A stretch of DNA of 11,200 nt from a virus (Duplodnaviria; Heunggongvirae; Uroviricota; Caudoviricetes), in IMG/VR virus record IMGVR_UViG_3300037504_000227, positions 1 to 11,200 of that record; one strand, 5' to 3'. The position numbers and the translations under genes were made by a program. Positions 1-5,330 of the stretch are shown in pieces. How positions within the stretch are numbered: the first letter of the stretch is position 1; the number at the start of each line of letters is the position of its first letter. The notes beneath the pieces were generated by a model. That model searched no databases. It had not been told where the DNA came from and saw only the letters and a list, made by a program, of their open reading frames with translations.

Positions 1-78
1 GCTTGCGTACACAGGGATGGGGATAGCAAGCACAACATCCTTGTTCAGCGGATCTGGGACATGCTTGTATTCAGGCAT
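1..78 (-). CDS. Hypothetical protein, partial (runs off left edge; MPEYKHVPDPLNKDVVLAIPIPVYAS...)
   Basis: ATG at 78 (or 81) overlaps the end of the upstream gene. GGGG lies upstream, and the frame is open to position 1. Not in the ORF track. Confidence 0.55.
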   Translation of the reverse strand, partial: MPEYKHVPDPLNKDVVLAIPIPVYAS

Positions 79-301
79 CATCAACCCCTAGTGGCGGATC
101 ATCAAAGAAGCCAGTGCAAGCCTCGTCCGCCCCCTTTTGAACTCGCTCGAACTTGAATACACAACAGGGAATTGGGCAGAAGTACAGCGCCTTCTCGTCC
201 CTATCATAGTAAAACCCTATCCAGAAATCATACCACGCAAAGAAGAACGTCACCTTCGGGATTGTCACTATGACACCCCCATCACTCTTCTTCTCATTCA
301 T
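71..301 (-). CDS. Hypothetical phage protein (FAWYDFWIGFYYD...LYFCPIPCC motif)
   Basis: SD GAGGTGA before the ATG; ATGA overlap with the upstream gene; aromatic/Cys motif resembling small phage proteins. Confidence 0.8.
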   Translation of the reverse strand: MNEKKSDGGVIVTIPKVTFFFAWYDFWIGFYYDRDEKALYFCPIPCCVFKFERVQKGADEACTGFFDDPPLGVDDA

Positions 302-570
302 CTTGTCACCTCAGTCAGCATTTGAGCAATAATGTTCAGTGCGTTGACCATCCCTATTACAACCGATTGCTCAATCTCGCCATTGATCGCGGAATTAATG
401 CGCCTCTTTACTTCCTCCAACGCCTTGCGTCGCACAGCCTCCACGGCTTCTTCCTCATGCGCAATAGCGTCGTCTCTTAAAATGAATACGCGCCCGTCGA
501 TGTCAGCAAACGTTACGCCGAACTGTTCATACGTTTTGGCCTTACACATCCAATTCTCAATCTCACTCAC
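298..570 (-). CDS. Hypothetical protein (~90 aa)
   Basis: ORF track 298..696, re-started at GTG 570, which follows SD GGAGGAG and overlaps the upstream stop. The 5' extension to 696 overlaps gene 563..817. Confidence 0.75.
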   Translation of the reverse strand: MSEIENWMCKAKTYEQFGVTFADIDGRVFILRDDAIAHEEEAVEAVRRKALEEVKRRINSAINGEIEQSVVIGMVNALNIIAQMLTEVTR

Positions 571-817
571 CGCTCTCCTCCACAATCTCCTCACATACTC
601 GCACAACACAGTGGACACGGTGTCCACTCGACGGGTGGCACTCACAGAAGTTACACCAGTCGCGCTCGCGAGCAACCTTCTTCGCGTTCTCCACAACGGC
701 CGAGGCGATTCGCTCTAGCTGGCGGCGCGCTTCGTTGCGCTCGACCCTCAATCCTCTGGCGTACCGCCTTACGTATTCAAGCTGGCTCTTTAGATAGTCA
801 GCTTTCTCGCGTTTCAC
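563..817 (-). CDS. Hypothetical protein, N-terminal coiled coil plus C-terminal CxxCxxH...HxxxC putative Zn site
   Basis: GTG start after SD GGAGGAG; WCNFCECHPSSGHRVHC motif. Confidence 0.75.
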   Translation of the reverse strand: MKREKADYLKSQLEYVRRYARGLRVERNEARRQLERIASAVVENAKKVARERDWCNFCECHPSSGHRVHCVVRVCEEIVEESGE

Positions 818-1001
818 CGCTCTCCTCCCTCTGCTCTCCCCAGATCTCAGAATCTATGTCAACGCAAGCAGCAAAATCGCCAATCGCGCCGCATAGTACA
901 GTCGCGCACGCTGGCTTGACGACGTGCGGTCTGCCGTGATAGCAATACTCGCACTCGCCATCGCTACCAGCCTTGTCGCAAATAACTGACCTGTCCATCA
1001 C
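798..1001 (-). CDS. Small Cys/His-rich putative metal-binding protein (paralog of N-terminus of 998..1462)
   Basis: SD GAGGTG; ATGA overlap; CDxAGxDxxCExCxHGxxH...C...CGxIG...CVD motif shared with the neighbouring gene. Confidence 0.8.
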   Translation of the reverse strand: MMDRSVICDKAGSDGECEYCYHGRPHVVKPACATVLCGAIGDFAACVDIDSEIWGEQREESGETRES

Positions 1002-1462
1002 TGCACCTCACCCCGCGCCTTGGCGATTGCGTCCTTGGCCGCTTGCCACTCCTCGACGGCCAGAGACACAATGACAAACTCGTCGCTATGGCTCTGTACG
1101 TTTCGCTCGTCGACGAAAGTCTCGCAACCCGCCAGCAGGTCGGGGGCGACTGCGATGAGGTGGGCGTTGGCGCGAGCGTTGTCGAAATCGCCTTCGAATT
1201 TGTCCCACAGCTGAGCTATCCATCTTCCGTCTGAGTCACGGATGTGAATAGCGCCGCTCTCGTAAAAGCAGGCCCACGTCCCGGGCGTGTGCTCTGTCAT
1301 CTCGTGATCAATACATCGAACTAGGCGCCCTATGCTTCCGCATCCCTCTTGCTCCGTACAAAGCGGATCGTGCCCATCATCCGAGAACGGCTCGTGCTCG
1401 ACGCCGTGCGGGCAGCGCTCGCAATAGTCGTCTTGCCCGGCATGATCGCATAAAACTAACAT
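998..1462 (-). CDS. Fusion: Cys/His domain plus phage HTPGxW...ANAxLIAxAPDLL...AIAKARG family domain
   Basis: SD AGGAGGTGA. Internal MTEHTPGTW, then ANAHLIAVAPDLLAGCE and AIAKARG, match a widespread uncharacterised phage family as I recall it. Confidence 0.85.
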   Translation of the reverse strand: MLVLCDHAGQDDYCERCPHGVEHEPFSDDGHDPLCTEQEGCGSIGRLVRCIDHEMTEHTPGTWACFYESGAIHIRDSDGRWIAQLWDKFEGDFDNARANAHLIAVAPDLLAGCETFVDERNVQSHSDEFVIVSLAVEEWQAAKDAIAKARGEVQ

Positions 1463-1472
1463 CTGTCACCTC

Positions 1473-1727
1473 CTACCCAGCTTGATCGTACCAGCGCATG
1501 AATTTCACCAGCTCGCGTCCGGCGTCGGTGGGGGCCTTGCCGGTGCCTTCGCACTCTATACACCAATGCTCCTCGGTGACGTCGAACCAGTCGTGTCCGC
1601 ATGGCATTTTTCGGTTGTCGACTGCAAAGCCGGCGTCTTTGACTCGCTCTCCACAAACGTCACAGATCGGGTCGTAAATGAATCCCTTGCCGTCGCAGTG
1701 CTCGCAAGTCTCTAGCAGCTTCTCCAT
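1473..1727 (-). CDS. DnaJ-type CxxCxGxG zinc-finger-like small protein
   Basis: SD GGAGGAGGT; CEHCDGKG and CIECEGTG repeats flank CDVCG...CGH. No J-domain (no HPD). Confidence 0.8.
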   Translation of the reverse strand: MEKLLETCEHCDGKGFIYDPICDVCGERVKDAGFAVDNRKMPCGHDWFDVTEEHWCIECEGTGKAPTDAGRELVKFMRWYDQAG

Positions 1728-1752
1728 CTCTACCTCCTCCTAACACAAAATG

Positions 1753-2151
1753 CTATCCCTCGTGTGCCATCTGATCGTTCCCGGCGCATCGACTTGAGCA
1801 GTACAGGCGCGGATTGCTTCTTCCGCCCTGGTAGCGCCAGTTTCTGCTGAAAATTCGCTTCATCACTGCCTTGTCCTCGTCAACGCCGCGCCTGCAATAC
1901 CTACAACGCACCTGACCGGGCTTGAGCGCATATTCCTCGTTTATCTCGTCTGCCTTGACTTGCGCCGTCTCCCTGTCCATCCACCACGCCGATCCCTCAT
2001 CTGATATCGCTCTCGATGCTGTGATCTTGCAGCCCGGCTTGCGCCTGGTGATTCGCAAGCGCCCTTTCTCCTCGTTGATCTCTGATACATCCCACTCTAC
2101 AACGCGGTGATTGTCCAACCGACCCTCAATGGTGTAAATCTTCTTTTTCAT
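1753..2151 (-). CDS. Hypothetical protein with C-terminal YdaE-like (Rac prophage) zinc-binding domain
   Basis: Re-started at ATG 2151 (SD GGAGGTGA, ATGA overlap). The C-terminus CRYCRRGVDEDKAV...PRLYCSSRCAGNDQMAHEG resembles E. coli YdaE (...PRKYCSEACAEKDQMAHEL, recalled from memory). Confidence 0.75.
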   Translation of the reverse strand: MKKKIYTIEGRLDNHRVVEWDVSEINEEKGRLRITRRKPGCKITASRAISDEGSAWWMDRETAQVKADEINEEYALKPGQVRCRYCRRGVDEDKAVMKRIFSRNWRYQGGRSNPRLYCSSRCAGNDQMAHEG

Positions 2152-2495
2152 CTCGTCACCTCCAGGTAACACAAAGCTCCCCCCCTCGCCTTGGCGATTG
2201 CGGCTTCCTCTGCGTCGGCCTTCTCTTCTAGCCAGCGTGCCCACGAGCGGCTGTTTCTGGTTCCTTTTGCCCTCAGCAAAGTGGCAATCTCTCTCAGTGC
2301 GTGCTGTCCGTCGAATGATCCGCGTCGCATCTCACACGCCGCCAGCAGGTCGGGGATCGCCTGGAAGAACCGCGCCTGATCAAGCGATACGTTGCACATG
2401 ATCACATCGACCAGTTCGTCTCCGTAATACTCATGGACATTGTACAATCCGGGATACCCCTCTTCAATTCGGTATTCCTTGGGCTTGTATGTCAT
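2148..2495 (-). CDS. Hypothetical protein with PDLLAxCE...AIAKARG C-terminal module
   Basis: SD GAGGG; ATGA overlaps at both ends; shares its C-terminal module with 998..1462. Confidence 0.8.
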   Translation of the reverse strand: MTYKPKEYRIEEGYPGLYNVHEYYGDELVDVIMCNVSLDQARFFQAIPDLLAACEMRRGSFDGQHALREIATLLRAKGTRNSRSWARWLEEKADAEEAAIAKARGGALCYLEVTR

Positions 2496-2914
2496 TTTCG
2501 TCCCTCTAACTCCTTAATTCTAGCAACTGCCATCTTCAGCTTTACCTTGTACCGGCTCAACTCATACTCCAACTGCCTCACTCTCTGAGTTGCCACTGTA
2601 TCCAGTCGATCAGAAAGCTCCTGCACGAACTCCTCGCCATACACAGCCTCCCACATATCATCCCAGTGAGGATTGAATAAGTGATTCGCCTCACTTCGCT
2701 CAACATTAACTTTAACCACGTTGTCAAACGACTCTGTCGTTGCCTTATACGATTTGGCATGCCTCTCAGTCAATGCAATAGCAGCGAGTGTAACCAAATC
2801 GTTCTTCGTCCTGGCCCATAGTAGCCAAATCGGAATCCTGGATCTCGTTTCGTCAATCATCACACACAACCTCTGAGTCTGCAAGATAACAGCTCTGTAA
2901 CACACCATCGTCAA
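2492..2914 (-). CDS. Hypothetical protein with C-terminal coiled coil
   Basis: 140-codon ORF filling the gap in the operon, coupled to the downstream gene. Start uncertain (TTG 2914 or ATG 2908; weak SD). Confidence 0.7.
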   Translation of the reverse strand: MTMVCYRAVILQTQRLCVMIDETRSRIPIWLLWARTKNDLVTLAAIALTERHAKSYKATTESFDNVVKVNVERSEANHLFNPHWDDMWEAVYGEEFVQELSDRLDTVATQRVRQLEYELSRYKVKLKMAVARIKELEGRK

Positions 2915-2934
2915 ACTGGCAATCTAACTTAACC

Positions 2935-3192
2935 TCACATCCAGCTCCGACAGCAAGCATCTCCCTGGAATATACATTCACGAAAAGACTCTGTGTCCCC
3001 AAGAGCCATCAATCGCACAGGACACCCACTCAGGTGATTGAACCCAACACATGGAACAAGAACCCTCGCCCTAACTTCCCCTCTGCTAATCTCAGCAGAC
3101 CTATTAACCAACCCAATCACCCCTCCAACTATCAAGAAAACAACAAGCAAGGTGAACACCATGCCAATAACTTCCTCGCCACTAAGTCTCAT
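2935..3192 (-). CDS. Putative single-pass membrane protein with Cys-rich C-terminus
   Basis: SD GGAGG; ATGA overlap; hydrophobic VIGMVFTLLVVFLIVGGVIGLV segment. Confidence 0.75.
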   Translation of the reverse strand: MRLSGEEVIGMVFTLLVVFLIVGGVIGLVNRSAEISRGEVRARVLVPCVGFNHLSGCPVRLMALGDTESFRECIFQGDACCRSWM

Positions 3193-3407
3193 TTATATGC
3201 CTCCCTCTTGCGAGCGTGCAGCTCACATAACCCATGCTCAAAGCCCCCAAGGTACACAACAGGCTCTCCCAGTGGGTCCATCTCGATTCCAACACTGCAC
3301 CCCCATCCCACAACATCCTTCCTAGGAAACGCAGCATGATCGAGAACAACAACACGCCGAGCACAACTACAGCAACAACGCCCCATCTTGCCAAGCTGGC
3401 AATTCAT
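3189..3407 (-). CDS. Small Cys-rich protein (CCCSC...GWGC...HGLCELH)
   Basis: SD GGAGGT before ATG 3407 (alternative GTG 3413); its stop overlaps the next ATG (ATGA). Confidence 0.7.
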   Translation of the reverse strand: MNCQLGKMGRCCCSCARRVVVLDHAAFPRKDVVGWGCSVGIEMDPLGEPVVYLGGFEHGLCELHARKREAYK

Positions 3408-3481
3408 CACCACACCTCCCTGCTCTACTACAAAACACTGTCTTTTGCTCCCAGACCCACTCTCCTCGCCACAATATAGGG

Positions 3482-3691
3482 TCAGAAGAGCAGAACACCC
3501 ACCAAAATCAACACGAACCCCGCAATCACTGAGACGAAAACTGTCCTGATCACAATCTTTTCCAACGGAGTCGATCTCTGATATGCTTCATAAATCCGAG
3601 CACCCGTATCCCAAACGATAGCTAAAATCACGACAAGCATCGCCCCAGCCCAAAGGCCCAATCCGGCGCGGATCATATTAATTGCTATCAT
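3482..3691 (-). CDS. Putative two-helix membrane protein (69 aa), first gene of the leftward arm
   Basis: Re-started at ATG 3691 after SD AGGAGGTGA; two hydrophobic segments; lies directly downstream of an extended -10 promoter. Confidence 0.75.
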   Translation of the reverse strand: MIAINMIRAGLGLWAGAMLVVILAIVWDTGARIYEAYQRSTPLEKIVIRTVFVSVIAGFVLILVGVLLF

Positions 3692-3725
3692 TGCTTCACC
3701 TCCTGTATTTCTCTCTCGCATTGCT

Positions 3726-3734
3726 ATTATACCA
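3726..3734 (-). promoter_or_regulatory. Extended -10 promoter (TGgTATAAT) driving the leftward arm
   Basis: The minus strand reads TTTTTGTGGTATAATAGC about 35 nt upstream of ATG 3691. No good -35. Confidence 0.7.
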
Positions 3735-3883
3735 CAAAAACACCCCAGGCGATCTTAAAGGTATCTCAGGTATGATAAAAGGTGATAAAAAGGATTTTGA
3801 GGGTTTTTGTGGGAAGCCAATGATTTACGTATGGCAAATTGAGCTCAAGTTTTTTGAGGGTGGGGGCCTATACACAAATACCA

Positions 3884-3912
3884 TTGCATCCAACAGCTAT
3901 ACACGATATAAT
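3884..3912 (+). promoter_or_regulatory. Near-consensus sigma70/sigmaA promoter TTGCAT-N17-TATAAT pointing into the gene-free spacer
   Basis: TTGCAT 3884-3889, 17-nt spacer, TATAAT 3907-3912. Confidence 0.6.
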
Positions 3913-4035
3913 ACTAATTATATAAACTGAGTGGGCACTCAAAACACGCTGGGTGAGCTATCGCGTCATAGACACCTTGCAAGTATGTATTCAGCCCCTC
4001 TCGCAACCTCAAATAACCCTGCTTTATCTATCCCC

Positions 4036-4103
4036 ATCCTACCAGTATCCTACTCAAATCCCCCTGCAATCTCTTTATACATCCTACCGACTCCACTGCA
4101 ATC
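4036..4103. repeat. Imperfect short direct repeats (ATCCTAC x3; CTGCAATC x2, ~33 nt period)
   Basis: ATCCTAC at 4036, 4047 and 4081; CTGCAATC at 4064 and 4096. Confidence 0.4.
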
Positions 4104-4398
4104 CCACAACACCCCTCTCCTGTCGTTCTAAGCGTCGCTACAAGCTACACCTATATCAATTACCTCTAAGCCATTTAATCGCCTTAGAAACAAACGTCAC
4201 GCCCCTGGCAGCATCCTATGGCATATACCGCGCCACGCTATACCATACAAGTATCTGCAAGGCAGCTTGCGCACAAATTTGGACATACACTTAAGAAATA
4301 GCAGCCTATTTGCCCAAAAACCCCCCATTTTCGGGCCTTTCACTTAAGCTTTCGTCCAAACGAGTTTTCAGAACTTAAGGAAACTGCCCATTATAGGG

Positions 4399-4426
4399 TT
4401 GTGCTTCTAGCGTTACCTGGTATAAT
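4399..4426 (+). promoter_or_regulatory. Promoter TTGTGC-N16-TATAAT with extended -10 (TGg); predicted TSS ~4432-4434
   Basis: TTGTGC 4399-4404, TG 4418-4419, TATAAT 4421-4426. Confidence 0.75.
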
Positions 4427-4432
4427 GCGGAC

Positions 4433-5055
4433 AGTTGGAGTTAACAAGCAGACGCAATCGAGCGGGCAACGCGGAGAAATAGCCCCAGCGGAGCCGAAGC
4501 AACGGCGCGGAAGTTAGCGCACAATCACCGAAACTCTAGGCAAAAGCTTAGTTTCAGCACCTAAACAACCGAATACTGGTAAACTCGGAGCCATTAGCAG
4601 AACCCGGCTCGCGGCTTAGCGAGAAAGAAAGCGAAAGCTTCTACTCATTAGCAATACTAGAACCGGACGAACTACCGCAAGGAGTAACGTTAGCCAAGGC
4701 GTAACCGAGCGCAAGCGAAATGTATCCAAGGCAATGCCAGTATAAGGAGATAAAACGAAAATCACGAGAGTGAGCCTTAGCAATAAGGTTGGCCGGAAGA
4801 AAGAACGCATGCGCCAGAAGGAGACCCTGGCGGAAAGTAAGGGCAAACGGGAGCCCTTGCATGCTGGGATTATTCCAATAAGGGTATTAATCGGATCGAG
4901 ACAACTCCAACTAATACCTAGGATACTAGAATTCTCCGGCTATAGTAGGCCGCAGGTATTCGTAATAACGCGGTATGGGAGGAAGACCCAAAGGGAAGTA
5001 TAAGGAGAATTTCTTATGCTCCCTTGGGCTGGCAATCCCCTAACGAAAGGGGATT
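4433..5055 (+). ncRNA. Putative large, highly structured non-coding RNA (ornate, ROOL/GOLLD-like size class; family unassigned) or long structured leader
   Basis: Starts at the predicted TSS. AGTTGGAGTT (4433-42) is the exact reverse complement of AACTCCAACT (4903-12). More than 12 local hairpins, many capped by GNRA loops: AAGC-GAAA-GCTT 4629-40, CC-GCAA-GG 4675-82, TCAC-GAGA-GTGA 4762-73, GCCTTA-GCAA-TAAGGT 4774-89. Three-way junction at 4807-4864. No credible CDS. The 3' end is uncertain (~4912-5055). Confidence 0.7.
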
Positions 5056-5060
5056 ATAAA

Positions 5061-5258
5061 ATGTATATCATCCAATTTGAAAGCAATGCACAGGCCGCAT
5101 ATGCTACAATGAGACTGGATAAATTTAGTGTGGTAGACGACATAGAAATATACCCTAAAGTTATCCAAGTAAACGAGGATGGGTTGTTCACTCTCCAGAA
5201 GTATTACAATCTGGAGCAGCATGACAGCGAGACGTTCCGCGTGGTTTCGGAAAAGTGA
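5061..5258 (+). CDS. Hypothetical protein (65 aa; 80 aa if started at ATG 5016)
   Basis: SD-like AAAGGGGA before ATG 5061; AAGGAG before the alternative ATG 5016. Ends with TGA TAA TAA. Confidence 0.7.
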   Translation: MYIIQFESNAQAAYATMRLDKFSVVDDIEIYPKVIQVNEDGLFTLQKYYNLEQHDSETFRVVSEK

Positions 5259-5281
5259 TAATAATGGATTGCCAGCCCGAG

Positions 5282-5304
5282 AGAGTGTAAGAACACTCTA
5301 TAAT
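5282..5304 (+). promoter_or_regulatory. Possible promoter/operator of the pilin gene: inverted repeat AGAGTGT-AAGA-ACACTCT abutting TATAAT
   Basis: Inverted repeat 5282-5299; TATAAT 5299-5304; SD AAGGAG 5319-24. TTGCCA at 5269-74 is 24 nt away, too far for a canonical -35. Confidence 0.4.
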
Positions 5305-5330
5305 ATACACTAGTTACAAAGGAGACGAAA

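Noticed and set aside
798-1462. c-type heme-binding motif
   Set aside because: The motif is CxxCxH, not CxxCH, and the proteins lack export signals.
3182-3394. Alternative hydrophobic ORF 3182..3394 (-)
   Set aside because: The overlapping frame 3189..3407 has the SD, ATG and ATGA coupling; this one has only a TTG start.
137-3479. Plus-strand ORFs in the left arm, and minus-strand ORFs in the right arm (e.g. 5204..5458, 6488..6859, 9381..9806)
   Set aside because: Antisense shadows of SD-supported, coupled genes; 5204..5458 is the antisense of flp.
3682-4294. ORFs 3682..3930, 3931..4131 and 3953..4294 (+)
   Set aside because: No SD; Pro/Ser/Leu/Tyr-rich composition expected from a C-rich, G-poor strand; they overlap promoters.
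4290-4379. CTTAAG repeated three times upstream of the RNA promoter (TTAAG also near other promoters)
   Set aside because: Spacing to the -10 boxes is inconsistent (22, 33, 41 nt) and the motif is short and AT-rich.
4390-4395. Minus-strand TATAAT back-to-back with the RNA promoter
   Set aside because: No -35 and no extended TG; not supportable without TSS data.
4575-4615. RNase P RNA (GGTAAACTC and CAGAACCCGGCT resemble conserved P RNA segments)
   Set aside because: The 5' GAGGAAAGTCC half of P4 and the AGTGCCACAGAAA region are absent, and the two motifs are only ~15 nt apart.
4750-4790. tmRNA tag-like text (AACGAAAAT...GCCTTAGCAATAA)
   Set aside because: The 'NEN' and 'ALA' pieces are in different frames, and there are no tRNA-like ends (GGGG.. 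/ T-arm..CCA).
4616-5003. ORFs 4770..5003 (+), 4616..4846 (-) and 4641..4862 (-)
   Set aside because: No properly spaced SD (AAGGAG is 20 nt from GTG 4770), biased composition, and they overlie the hairpin-dense RNA. A translated peptide cannot be fully excluded without ribosome profiling.
4433-5055. Group I/II intron, rRNA fragment or tRNA
   Set aside because: No group I P7 (R/S) elements, no group II domain V, no interrupted host gene, no cloverleaf. CCGCAAGG and TAGCAATA are generic GNRA hairpins.
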